A stretch of 64,000 nucleotides of DNA from the human T2T-CHM13v2.0 reference genome, Homo sapiens, in assembly GCF_009914755.1 (NCBI RefSeq), contig NC_060928.1; one strand, 5' to 3'. Made by a program: the position numbers and the translations under genes. Shown piece by piece: positions 24,710 to 37,061 of the stretch (position 1 is its first letter; the number at the start of each line of letters is the position of its first letter). The notes under the pieces are model-generated. The model was not told the origin of the DNA. It saw nothing but the letters and a program-made list of their open reading frames with translations, and did not search any database.

Positions 24710-25760
24710 CTCCATTCATTTAACAAATAACTACTGAGTGCCTACAATGTGCCAACCCTTGATCTAGGTCCAAAGATACATCTGTGAACAAGTACAGATC
24801 CCTTGTTGAATTACATTCTAGTGAGGGGAAAGACAGATGGCAGGTAAATAAATGGGTAACATAGAGAATGTGTTGGATGTTAGTTAATAAGCACTATGGA
24901 GAAAAGCTAAAGCAGGATAGCGAATTAAGAAGTGCTGAGGGGTTCTGCTTTTAGGCAATATGGTATAACAGGAACCAGATTTACCCTTCCATTTAAAATA
25001 ACTAAAAATCTGGGTGGGGGGAAGTATATGAAACAATGGTTTTCAAGTCACTGGTGACAAATGGCAGTGATCCCTGAGTGACAGAAAACAAATTAAGTGA
25101 GGTTACTGCTTGGAGAGTCTCTAGACTGGGGTGCAGAGAGAAAGAACACAGACAGAGCTGATTTGAGAATGTGATGCTGAGAGTTTGGAGAGACCAAGGC
25201 CACCAAAGTTTTTAGGAAAGAGTATCAGAAAAAAAAGAACTGTCCAGAGAGAAAATTCTGAAGATCTTCAAAGGATGTATGTTGAGAATTTAGCAGAGTA
25301 CTGATCACCACATGCATGTGAGGAAACTATCCAAGGCAGGAGGAAGAATGACCTTGAAGTAAAATGTGCCTGGTGTACTCCAGAAGCCTAATGCAGCTGT
25401 AGTGATCAAGGAGAGAATAGGAAACACAAAATCAGAGAGGTATTGGGGAGCAACTCAGGTGGGGACTTATAAGCCATTGGAAAAACCTTGGCTTTTGCGA
25501 GTGAGACAGGGATCATGGGAGGATATTAAGCATGGGAGTGGCATAATCTGACTTATGTTTTAATTTAAAATAGTCGCTCTGGATACTGAGTGGAAAATAG
25601 ATTTTCAGGGTAAGGGCTAAAGCAATGGAACACTGTGGAGGCTACTGTTACAATACAGGCAGGAGGTGATGGTTCCCAGGACCATGATGGAATAGTGGAG
25701 GTGTTGAGAATATATCGGATCCTGGACGTATTTTTGAAGAACCCACAGGATTCATTAACA
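24710..25760 (-). mobile_element. L2, interrupted by an L1ME-type 5' fragment
   Basis: CATTCATTTAACAAATAACTACTGAGTGCCTACAATGTGCC at 24713; L2 body resumes near 25360 (GGAGGCTACTGTTACAATACAGGCAGGAGGTGATGG). Confidence 0.75.
24943..25350 (+). mobile_element. L1ME-type 5' end fragment
   Basis: TTCTGCTTTTAGGCAATATGGTATAACAGGAACCAGATTTACC...GGCAGTGATCCCTGAG; homologous to 48140-48475 on the minus strand. Confidence 0.6.
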
Positions 25761-26259
25761 AATTTATTCCAGAAAGCGAGACTGCCTTAATATTAGGAAA
25801 TATTTCCAATAGACTTGCCTTCCATTTTATTCCTTTCTATCTACACAATAGAACTCACAAGCTAACTTATGCCTTTCTCCAAAGAACACTATCTATTCTC
25901 TTCTATGTTTTCTTTTCATGGGACCAGAGTGTAAAGATCTGACACATGGGCTGGGTGTTGAGTACAATAAAAATAGAAAGAACAGTTGCCTGCTTTAGCA
26001 GGCAAAATCAACTTAGGAAAAGTTGGTGTTTACTATGGCCCACCCTTACCCTCCAGGGTTCTTTAAATTATAATATGATCTTCTTTGTAATTATCCCTTG
26101 TGCATATTTTCTTCTTAGAAACTTCATTAGGAAGAGTGGAAATAACTTGAGATAAGACTCTGGTATTCCCAGTTCGTCAAACCAATTCCCAGCTAATGTT
26201 GCTCCAGATTTTCATACGTTATCTGTAACAACATGTTGTTTATATATAATTGATCACCT

Positions 26260-26810
26260 CAATAAATTAATAGAAAAAAACATTTATTTCAACAAATGTT
26301 TAAACATTATGTGATAAAATTTTAAATTCATTGTTTATCTTAAATCTTAATTAAAGAGAATAGAATATTCCTTAACAAGATAAATGGTATTGATCTTAAA
26401 ATTAATTAACAGAATCATCCCCAATTGTGGTACCTCAGATAAATTCCTATTAAAGTCAAGGATAAGACAAGAACAATGAGTACTTCTACTTTTATTTATC
26501 ATTCTTATGGAACTTTTAAACAATACCATACACTGCGATAAAGAAATAACTCTTATAAATGTTAAAAATAGAGGACAGAGATATATTTATTTGCAAAATA
26601 TATTATAGCATACCTGTAAAGCACAAAAGTAATTGAATGAAAAACTGTTGAACTAATAGGATAGTTCAATAATATGACCAATTTTGAAAAACATTTTTAA
26701 ATAATTTTTCTATATAACAAAAATAATATATTATAAAATATAATATAAAAATCCCTTTGGCAATAACAAAAAGATTTTAAATTCCTATGAGTAGACCTAA
26801 AAATAAATGT
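26260..26810 (+). mobile_element. Very old L1 (L1ME-like) ORF2 RT-region fragment
   Basis: Degenerate ATTCCTATTAAAGTCAAGGATAAGACAAG and TTATTTGCAAAATATATTATAGCATACCTG (LFADDMI region). Confidence 0.6.
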
Positions 26811-26899
26811 GCTGGGGTCATATTATGAGCACTTATATGCTGCTTATAAAATTTATCCTATAGTTGATAAAACACAATGTGTAAAGTTAACACTTTGAT

Positions 26900-27700
26900 C
26901 ATGGAGGAATCAGAGGAAAAGTGACAGTATTAGAGGATGGCAGGCCAGCTGAGGGTCCCCTGGTATATTTTAGGCAAGACATGCTAAGGCTCTGAACAGA
27001 GTGACAATAGGTAAGGTGAAGAGGAGAAAAACTGACCAACATTTAGTAGCTAGAACTGACAGCAGGTGGTAAGCAATTAAATGAGAAGTGAAGGGAGTAG
27101 TTCAGGGCAGTTTGTAGCCTTCTAGAAGTCATTGACTGAGACGGGAAACACAGGGGGAGGAGTAGGACCTAGGGAGGAAGAAAAGATGACTCTTTATTGA
27201 GATGTGCTGGATTCTAGGTGCTATGAGATATCAAAATGAAAGTCCAAGTACCTTTGATGTTTGATTCTAGATGTAGAATAGAATTTGTTTTCATTCATTC
27301 CATTTATTAAATGATTATTTATTGAGATTTTAGCCAGAAATGTAAACTTAATAGTCATCAGCCTAAAGAGTTTCAAGAATAGAGGTGATTATGGAGGAAG
27401 AATGGATACAATGAGAAGAGAAAATGCGGCAAAGGACAGATCTCTAAGACTCACTAACATTTAACATCAAGCAGAAAAGAAGGAGCCATACAGGAATATA
27501 AGAAGGAGTGACCCAAGAGATAAAATGGAAACTCAGGTTAACATAGTGCCACTGAAACTAGAGATGAGAAGGAAGGGGTGATTAATTGTACCTAACTGTA
27601 GGGAGTGGTTAAGAAATATGGGATTTTAAAAGAGCTCACTGTATTTCAAAATCAGGAAAATATTGGTGACTTTTATTTAAATACTTGTAAGGATAAATAA
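26900..27700 (-). mobile_element. L2 internal fragments
   Basis: GTCATTGACTGAGACGGGAAACACAGG, AGTCATCAGCCTAAAG, CACTAACATTTAA. Confidence 0.6.
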
Positions 27701-28792
27701 GAAAAAAATAAAAGAGATAAAAAGATGAAGAAAGCAAAAGAAAAAAATTGAGGTATGTCTATGAAAAAGAAACGAAGTTATAAGACTGAAACCAAGTGCA
27801 GTAACAGTCAAGGGAGTTTTTAGTATGAGAATCATTGTCTCATGGTAGTTTTATGGGAATCCTTGTTCAAAGATCAAGGGTGATTCCGTTCTATTTACCA
27901 TGCTTCCAATCAATTAATAAATATTTCTAAACTAAGGTAGCAAATAAATAATTTAGAACTCATAAAGGAAGACATAAGTGATATAGAATTAATTAAAAGA
28001 AAGTTCCCTTTATTTTCCATTTAAGATAATGTTATGTAATATCCCATAGTTGCCCACAATGGTTTCTCAGCCCTAGGTTAACATGCCCTGTTTTTATGAT
28101 TTGAACTGTAAGTAACAGAAAATCCCAATTCTACTTGCTAAAATAAGGAATATTTTTATGATCTTACATATAAAGAAAATCCAAAGGTGGAAGAATTGTA
28201 GGGTTGGTTAATCCAAACAATTAAAAATGTCATCAAGTTCTAGTGAAGCAAGAAACCTGGTTTTGGGGATGAGTGAGGCTGTGGCTCCCTAGTGCTCCTC
28301 ATGCCTGCAAGAGTAATTTCATTCACAGTGGGCATTTAAGCAAGCTCACTGGGTTCTAGCACCCAAGCCATGTATTCCAACAGCTTGGCCAAGAATAAAG
28401 ATGATATTTGACCCCTTTCCACCTGATTCCTGCCTCTGCATCTCAAATTGGTGTAACTCAGTCAGGGAAGAAAAATGCTATTTGTTGAGCCTTTTCAAAT
28501 TCCACCACCAGCAATGAATATGTGACAAAAAGAAACTCTGACAAAATAACTGAGGCTTTGCTTTCCTGGATCAGTGGCATCCATTGCCCCAGGAGATAAT
28601 CAAAGTCATGAATGGAATTTCTAAATAAGTTGTTATTAACTCATAATATAGAAAATGGCCTATAAAGCCAAGACTTTCAAATGCAAGACCAAATCTTGAG
28701 AGAAAACTTCTATTTTAACTCCAATAGCTTAGGTTTGAATATCAAGAGCCAGGCCTTTAAATAATTCTATTCATAAAGTTAATACTGTTAAT

Positions 28793-28930
28793 TAGTGTTT
28801 TTTAAACCACAGGTTGCAATCCATTGGTGAGTTGTAAAATCAATGTAGTAGGTTGCAAATAGATTTTTTAAATGAGGGACAAGAATAGAATAAAACACCA
28901 GGGTCTGTTATACATAATGATCATTATGCT
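28793..28930. mobile_element. hAT-Charlie MITE fragment (MER103-like)
   Basis: AGTGTTTTTTAAACCACAGGTTGCAATCCATTGGTGAGTTGTAAAATCAAT. Confidence 0.45.
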
Positions 28931-29269
28931 TCTTGATTTTTTTTTTTTACTTTAAGTGTGGTGTGTGTGTGCATGTGTGTGTGTGTGTGTACTGAGCCTT
29001 AATGTAAAATATATTATTTACTGTGAGCTGTGTCAAGGACTTGAAAAGCACTGCCACTAAAATTAATTTGGGAAAACTTTGAAGAAAAGCCTGATTGTCC
29101 AGGCTCTCAATAGATAAATGAAAGAATGCATCAAACAAGAGGTGACCAAAGTCATGAAATAATTGAAAAAATGGAAGAATAGCAGGAAAGATGCAGCCTC
29201 AGGCTAAGCCTGAGATAGACATTTGGGAGAAAGGAGAGTATTCCCAGGAAGAGGAGCAGCAGATATAAA

Positions 29270-29621
29270 GATTTGAGCTACTATAACAAAATGTCCTAGA
29301 TAGGATGGCTTATAAAGAGCAGAAATGTATTGCTTACATTTCAGGAGGCTGGGAAGTCCAAGAACAAGGCACAGTAAGATTCAATGTCTGCAAGGGCCTC
29401 CTTTCTGCTTCACAGATGACACCATTTAGCCATGTCCTCACGTGGTAGAAGAGGTGAGGCAGCTCTCTGGAGTACATTTTAAAAGAGCACTTATCCCATT
29501 TATGATGGCTCTTTCATCATGACCTAATCATCTTCCAAAGTTCCCACCTTCTAATACCATAAGCTCAGGAGTTAGGATTCACATATGAATTTGAAGGAAC
29601 ACAAATATTCAGGCTAGAGCA
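29270..29621 (-). mobile_element. MLT1A-like MaLR LTR
   Basis: GGAGGCTGGGAAGTCCAAGA...ATGACCTAATCATCTTCCAAAG...CATATGAATTTGAAGGAACACAAATATTCAG. Confidence 0.85.
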
Positions 29622-30079
29622 ATGGAAAAATATAATGTATACACAGAAGTTAAAGAATAAGTCCATCTAGCTGGAGCCAAGTTGGACTGAATGATGGAGA
29701 ACTGAGGTGATCAAACTGGAAGTTCATATAGTAAGTAGGCTTTTGATGGTCAATAGGGAATCATGGAATATGTTTGAGCTGGCAGATAACATGGAGATAA
29801 CAGGATGGCCTGGAGGGAAAAAAAAGCTGGAGGCAAGAATTTTTAGAAGTCTGGCAAATAGCCATGCCCAAGGAAATAGATAAGATTTGCAGCAGGGACC
29901 AAATAACAAATATGATGTGTCCTAGGATTAAAGCCTTGAAAGTTCTTGGAAATTGAAATAATTTCTAAGAATAAAAGCCTCCATCTCCTGGGCATTGCAA
30001 ATAAATCCACTTATTAGTATTGCTAAAATAATTAGCTAGTTCTGTTAATATCATAAATAAGTATTTTATGCCTCTCAAT

Positions 30080-30260
30080 GTGCTTTTGCATCCATTAGTC
30101 ATTTGATTTTCATAATCACCTTAAGAGGCAGCAAGGTGATATACTAATATCTCCATTTTAAAGATGGAGAAACTGTAGTCTAAAGGGGTTATCCAGCTTC
30201 CCAAGGTCACACAGTTAATGACAGGATTAGATTCACCAGATCTTCTCACTCTGAGGCCAG
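30080..30260 (-). mobile_element. MIR
   Basis: ATCTCCATTTTAAAGATGGAGAAACTG...CCCAAGGTCACACAG. Confidence 0.75.
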
Positions 30261-30829
30261 GATTCTCCCACTCGACAATAGGTGACACCTCCCACGTTGT
30301 CATTCTCTAATAACGACCCATCAACTTGTTGACTAAAATTATTCCAAAAATTGAATTGGCTCAATATTTCAGGAAGAAAGCCTATTCAAAAGGTCACTGT
30401 GGCTTGGTGTAAGTTTATTTAATAAATATTTTTCTTGTTTGGAGGTTTTAATTTTAAGTATGTGGTCTACTCTTTTTGTATGATTATTTGCTCAAAAAAA
30501 TTTTTAGTCAGCAACACACCTCATAAAAATTTAATATGTTTCAGAGCTCTTTTTACTGTTTAAAAAAGCACAAATCAGGCATTCTTGCATTTTGAATGTG
30601 GCGCCCCTGTAATTGGGCCCTCTCTAAGGAAGGCCCTTCCAAACCCTGTAGGGGAATTGCTCTTTTAAAATAGAAACAACACTCAAATGAAGGGTTGTCC
30701 GAGATGATTCCTCTGCTCACACCATAGGTCTCAATACCAACCACTCTGATGTGTCCTGGCTTTCCTGGTCACCTGTATATTTTTTTCTTCAACTTGAAAA
30801 GACCTGCTGTCAAGTGTGTTTTTGGCTTT

Positions 30830-30990
30830 CAGGGCAGTAGAGCAAGATGATGACTCAAGTAGGATGGCCCTGGGTTCGAATCCCAGCTCTGGCTCTCACT
30901 AGACATGTAACTGTGAGCAGGTTAACTCATGTCCCTGAGTATCACTTTCTCAGCTCTACCATAAAGTGGTTACATTTCATGTCAGAGTTA
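30830..30990 (+). mobile_element. MIR
   Basis: CCTGGGTTCGAATCCCAGCTCTG (B box), then CACTAGACATGTAACTGTGAGCAGGTTAAC. Confidence 0.7.
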
Positions 30991-31269
30991 TTACCTGAGT
31001 TTAAGATAGCAAACTTGCAACCACTGAACCTGAAGTGGCTCCTCATTGAATATTTATTACCTAAGAGCCAGTGACAAGATTTACCAATAGAACACTCACT
31101 AGGTTCATAATGGAGAATTAGTGCTTTCACCTCTCAGACTGCTCCTTTACCAGTCCCAAAGAGTTATGCACATGGGCTCTGACCTGGTCAGATTCTACAA
31201 CCAAATGCTTTAAGCAATGAGCTGGTAAAGTTTATTTGAAGTTGGAGAGCAACAGTCCTGACTTCTTTA

Positions 31270-32130
31270 TTTCATTCCATCAAAAAATATTTTTTGGGCA
31301 CTTACTATTGTTCTGGGCATTGAGGATACAGAGATTAAAGAACATGGGCAATGTTCTCACTCTCCTGAAGCTTATGTTCCATTAGGGAATACAGGCAATA
31401 GGTATGCAAGCCAGTAGACAAGACGGAATATGAGATAGCGATAGGTACACTGCAGAACATTAAAATAGGGTGGCATGATAAAGTACTGGAGTCTACTTTA
31501 GATAGGGTGGTCAAAGAAGGCCGTTCTAAGGAAGTGACATTAAATCTGGAAATCAGGTGATAAGAGGGTTCTGGCCCAGGTAAAAATCAAGGGAAAGAGC
31601 AACCCAGGCAGAGGGAACAGCTCATTCAAAGGGCCTAAAATGGAAATCAGCTTGGAGTTCTCATGGGTCAGAAAGAGCACCAGTGTGGGCGCATGAAAGT
31701 GTAGCTGCAATCTCAGGGAGAGAAGGGGATAATAGAGGATGCATGTAAGGAAGGAAGAAATCAGCTTATGCAGTACCTTGTAAGGCATAGGAAAGACGTG
31801 GGATTTTGTTCTAAGAGGAATTGAGTTATTTATACGATATTAAACAGAGAAGCACAATGACTTGTTTTCTCAACGTTCACTAAGTATGCATTTTGGAAGG
31901 CAAGGACAGTACCAGCACATCTCTTGGAGGGTAGTACAGAGGTCCAAATGGGAGAAAATGGTGATTAGACTATGAAGGTCACAGTGGCAATGGAGAGAAC
32001 TGGATACATTCAGAAATTATTTAGGAAGCTGAGCTGACAAGATCTGGGAGGTAAATGTGATAAAAGAGAAACTAAGGCTAACCCTAGAATGTGGGTTTGA
32101 CCAAGTGGTTGAATTGTGGTGCTGAAGAGG
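31270..32130 (-). mobile_element. L2
   Basis: TTCATTCCATCAAAAAATATTTTTTGGGCACTTACTA...GGTCAAAGAAGGCC...GAAGTGACATTAAATCTG. Confidence 0.8.
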
Positions 32131-32339
32131 AAAATATGGAAGGAATGAATAGAGGAAAGGAGAGAGGAAGAGACTTAAATGTTCTCTGTTGGCTTTATTA
32201 TGAGACTGAATCTCAGAATAGTTGGGACTAAATTTATATATTCAGGATCAGTCCTCTTTGTATCCCCAGGACAGAGCCTAGGGCAACACATGGCCCAGGT
32301 ATTTCAGTATGTGTATTCATGTGATGGAGAAAAAAAGAG

Positions 32340-32845
32340 CATTACTTGAAATTCTGAGTCTGTTGCTTTATCCACAAGCCTTTTAATTTCTTGGAACTTC
32401 AATTTCCTCTCTTGTAAAATTGGGACAGGAAGACTTACCTTGCCTAGCCCATGGAATACTGTATGAAAATTAGATAAGTATGTAAGCATTGTGAAACTAT
32501 AAGCCACTTAGCAAACACAGTTTTGTGAAAGGGATTAATATGATTCCATGTCAGAACGTAAGCATCACAAGGATAGGGACTCAGTCTACTTTGCTCATTA
32601 TCTCCAGCACGTATAATGGAGGTTCTCAATAAATAAATGTTAAGTGAATGAATTAATGAATTATAGTAGATCCTATGAAACACAAGACTGGAGGTTGTGA
32701 GCACCAAAGAGCCCTATAACATTATGGTATAATTAGTTTGCTACACATCTGCCTTCTCTAGAGCCCAGGAACCAACTTCATTCATCTCAAAGTCTCACTA
32801 TTAAGTCCAATACACAGTAGCTGTGTGAATAACTAATGAATTGAA
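32340..32845 (+). mobile_element. MIR followed by two L2 3' ends
   Basis: AATTTCCTCTCTTGTAAAATTGGGA (MIR core); CTCAATAAATAAATGTTAAGTGAATGAA and ACACAGTAG...AATGAATTGAA (L2 tails). Confidence 0.6.
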
Positions 32846-33053
32846 TTCTCTGCCAACTAGATGAAGAGCCACCAGCAGTTAACTAACAAGTACAGTGCCT
32901 CACCAGACAGGTGCATTGGTCAATGCCCTTGGACACCTCCTGCTTCTTGAGATCGGCAGCCTCAAAACAAAAATACCCCATCACTTAAGTCTGACTTGCC
33001 CACGAATATGTATCTGTGCTTGGGCATAGTTTGTCCTCAAAAAAATATTCTTT

Positions 33054-33190
33054 GGCCGGGCACAGTGGCTCATGCCTGTAATTCCAGCACTTTGGGAGGC
33101 CGAGACCAGATCACCTGAGGTCAGGATTTTGAGACCAGCATGGCTAACATGGTGAAAACCCATTTCTACTAAAAATACAAATATATATAT
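33054..33190 (+). mobile_element. Alu left arm only (AluS-like), ending in (AT)n
   Basis: GGCCGGGCACAGTGG...CTACTAAAAATACAAATATATATAT; no right arm. Confidence 0.9.
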
Positions 33191-33416
33191 ATTTGTTGCA
33201 CAAATGAGCAAATAAATTCATGAGTGCATATTAAAAACACAAGTGGAGAGATTATGAAGCAGGAATTATATATTTTTAAAGATAAACAGTATTCTTAAGG
33301 AAAGATTTTTAAGTTTGAAGTAGGCCACATCTAGCTATGCTGCCCAGATTCTCATTGGAGCAGAGGGCCTAAAAATTATCTGCACTTTGAGTGGCATAAT
33401 GTGTGTGAAAGGGGAT

Positions 33417-33781
33417 TGATATGGTTTGGCTGTGTCTCCACACAAATCTCATCTTGCATTGCAGTTACCATAATTCCCACGTGTTGTGGGAGCGACCTGG
33501 TGGGAGATAATTGAATCATGGGTGTGATTTCCCCCATACCGTTCTCATGGTAGTGAAATAAGTCTCACGAGATCAGATGGTTTTATAACGGGAAACCCTT
33601 TTCACTTGGATCTCATTCTCTCTCTTGTCTGCTGCCATGTAAGACGTGCTTTTTACCTTCTGCCATGATTGTGAGGCCTCCCCAGTCATGTGGAACTGTG
33701 AGTCCATTAAATCTCTTTTTCTTTATAAATTACCCAGTCTCAGGTATGTCTTTATCAGCAGCATGAGAACAGACTAATGCA
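33417..33781 (+). mobile_element. THE1B-like solo LTR
   Basis: TGATATGGTTTGGCTGTGTC...GAGAACAGACTAATGCA, 365 bp, perfect 5-bp TSD GGGAT (33412-33416 / 33782-33786). Confidence 0.95.
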
Positions 33782-34084
33782 GGGATGAAAAATGCAAAGC
33801 ATCAAATACAGGTGTAACCTAGAGGCTGAAGTCAGGTCATACTCTCTCTAACCACTATCCCCAGTCCCTCCTAACTTGGCACTTCAGGAATTCACCCTCC
33901 AAAACTGAAGTTCTTTAACTCAGCACATAGCATGATGAGGAAATAATGGGCCATGCTCCAGGGCCCCAAGATAGTCTACTTTGCTGGAGTTCAATGCATT
34001 TCTAAACATTTTCTCATCTTAATATGGGGAACTTTCTCTTAAGAGTCATAATAGTCCTAAAATTATATTGGAAAATCCCTTACC

Positions 34085-34370
34085 CCTTAGAAATACATAT
34101 TGGAATATTTAGGAATGAAATCTCACAACAAGTATACTTCAAAATAATTTAGCAGGGGAAAAAAATGAACGTAGAAAATTGAGCATTACTGCTAATCTAG
34201 ATGAGGAAAACATAGGTGCTTATTATGCTATTTTGAGTTTTCCATATGTTTGAAAATTGTCGTGCTAAAATTGAAAATATCATAAAATGGCATACTGATC
34301 TGGGAAGATTATTGAGAGTATTAAATGAGATACTTATCACAGGCTCATAGTAGGTGTTCATTAATATTAT
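34085..34370 (+). mobile_element. Old L1M 3' end fragment followed by a MIR fragment
   Basis: AAATACATATTGGAATATTTAGGAATGAAAT...ATGTTTGAAAATT, then TAAAATGG...ATTAAATGAGATA...CATAGTAGGTGTTCA. Confidence 0.5.
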
Positions 34371-35904
34371 TATTTTTAATATTTTAATTAATATTTACTT
34401 CTAGTAATTATGTATTATTTTATATTAATATTAATGCCACAACTCATGAGCTTACACATGGGCACACACTCAGCACCTTCTCCTTTCAAAATGTACAGAA
34501 ACTCTTCCTTTTGGACAACATGATAAATCATGTAACTTAATCCTGTTTCAAAAGATTGTATGTAGATCCCCTTGGGCACAAGGCCTGATGGCATTGATGA
34601 TACTAGTTCATACACATAGTCTATTATTCATTTCTTTCTGGAAAGATGGATAAGGTAGAGATGACAGTTGTACCTTTGAGGTTAGGGAGATGTGGGTGCA
34701 TCCCTTACTTCCACACATATTCATAGCATGAGCTTCAAAAATTTACTGGTTTCATGGAGCATTAGTGTTTTCAGCAACACAACAGGATCATTATGCTATC
34801 CAAGGAACTGCCCTGGAGGTTATGTAAGAGCTCATGCACAAACAGGCTAATATGTTCCACACATAGTAGGTGTGAACGATGTTAACTGCCTCTCATTCCC
34901 CCTTAGAGACTCAAAGAATGAGCAAAGACCTTTTGGGGGTAGCTTCTTAAAAAGTTTGGCACTGAGTAATTACTGTATCCATCAATCCTTGGTTAGCATC
35001 AACCATTTGCGCCTTAATCATTTAAGGAGAAAATGGGAAATGACAAGAAAAGTTTATTGAAACAAGCCACTTTTAGACATGTCCTGGAAGCAAAAGTAAT
35101 TCAAAAGAAAACCAATATTTAGCATGATGGGCAGGACAAGTCTTGGGGTTCTCATTTTATGGTCAAAGAAACTGAGTCATCAACTGGCCAGAAAGTGGGA
35201 AAGTAAGGCTGAACCCTAGGCAGTGGGAGCAGATCCAAAAGCAGTCTGCGTTTTCCAGACACAGGAAGAACAGGCAGGAAAAAAGAAGAGTGTATCTTTT
35301 TCTCATTCCTTCAGCATAGAAGTGGCAAAGCCACATCAAGGAAAAGCATTCCAACCATGCAGTTGCAAACAGGGATAACATTGTGAATGCATGGAGCAGC
35401 TGATTAATTGGGACAGGAGATCAAATATCAACAGTCCTTTGAAGATTTGGAGCAGAGCAGTGAGGCCTCCCTGGGATTTGGAAGCTCTGAAGCAGGCTGG
35501 CAATAAATAAAGACCCAGGCCTCAGGACTGGAGCTCCCAGAGATGCCCCTTCTCTAAGAGGGAAAGTTGATTTTTTATTGCTGGCCTATGGGGTAGAAGA
35601 TTCCCACATATAGCCCCAGGAGATGGAGGTGGGGAGAATGTATTTCTGGGAGGCTCAAGTCACATTCCAGGTCTGCTTTCTGCAGAGGAAAGATGTTTCT
35701 GACAGGTGTGTGTTCCTGCTGCCTCACTGTGTGTGCTGAGCCCAGCAAGGCTCCCAGGCACCACAGGTGAGCCTTCTACTAGACTATCAGAAAGAGTCAA
35801 CAATGAGCCAAAGACATATCCTTAGCTGCAAAACCTAGAGGTGAGTGCAGAGAAGTGAGCACAGAACTTCCAGCCCCCATGTCAGACCCTCAGAGAGGCA
35901 CCCA

Positions 35905-36330
35905 CACATTTCTTTATTCACCCATCCTTGCAGCAAATACCCACTGAGCATTACTGCCTGACAGACACCAGGCTAGGTGCCGAGGGATTTGAACACTGCA
36001 GCTGATCCTCACTCAGTCATTCGTTCATTCCCTCATTCATTCATTCTGCAGGCATTACTGAGCCCTGCTCCACACTACATTCTGAAGTTGCAACAATCAG
36101 CAAGACAGATCTTATTCCTGACCTCATAGGTTGACAGTCTAATGACTCTCTGGGGCATGCTGGGGGTCAGTGGACCTCAACTTAAAGCCTTTGAACAAGT
36201 AGCTTGGCCTCTTACAACCTGTGTTTCTTAACCTATAAAATGGGCATTATCCTACCTCCTTACTTATAAAATAGGCATTATCCTACCACAGGGATTCTGT
36301 GAGGTTCAGAAATAAAAGACGTGAATGCAC
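35905..36330. mobile_element. L2 3' fragments (-) and MIR (+)
   Basis: TCATTCATTCATTCTGCAGGCATTACTGAGC (L2 tail); CTGTGTTTCTTAACCTATAAAATGGGCAT (MIR core). Confidence 0.6.
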
Positions 36331-36769
36331 GGGATAAGCCCCAATCCAAGACTCACAGGTTGGTGATGACTGTTCTTGGGGCATGGGGAAAGGCTTGTAA
36401 ATTCCCCCTGAGCTATTTACCTACAGACAAAGAAGGCACCAAAAAGCTGTATCAAGTTACATACTCATAAATGCAGGATGGGGAATTTCATAAAGAGACC
36501 ACTGTGCATGCAGTGACTGATTGAGTGTAGAAGACGGTTGGGGCCAGGCAGAAATAATTTCCAATTACATTTGAACAGCATTTGGGGGTTTACAAAGGTG
36601 TTTTTGTAAACTGTAGAGCACCTCAACAAGAGTTGGCCTTGCTCAGGTGTGATTGTCTCAGGGGCAGAAGCTGCTCACCTGGTTTGCCCACTCTGGACAC
36701 AACAAGCAACTCCAGCAGTCAGTGAAGATCTTTATACCTGATAGGAGTTGCTAAGAGTAAATAAATCCA

Positions 36770-37061
36770 GGCCAGGCGCGGTGGCTCACGCTTGTAATCC
36801 CAGCACTTTGGGAGGCCAAGGCGGGTGGATCACGAGGTCAGGAGATCGAGACCAGCCTGGCTAACATGGTGAAACCCCGTCTCTACTGAAAATACAAAAA
36901 AAATTAGCCGGGCGTGGTGGCGGGTGCCTGTAGTCCCAGCTACTTGGGAGGCTGAGGCAGGAGAATGATGTGAATCCAGGAGGCAGAGTTGCAGTGAGCC
37001 GAGATGACGCCACTGCACTCTAGCCTGGGTGACAGAGCGAGGCTCCGTCTCAAAAAAAAAA
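36770..37061 (+). mobile_element. AluY/Sc-like
   Basis: Full dimer with perfect 17-bp TSD AAGAGTAAATAAATCCA. Confidence 0.95.

Noticed and set aside
30860-30890. tRNA-like GGTTCGAATCCC
   Set aside because: It is the B box of a MIR head; no cloverleaf is present.
33676-33690. PRDM9 hotspot motif in THE1B
   Set aside because: The sequence is CCTCCCCAGTCAT, not the active CCTCCCTAGCCAC form.
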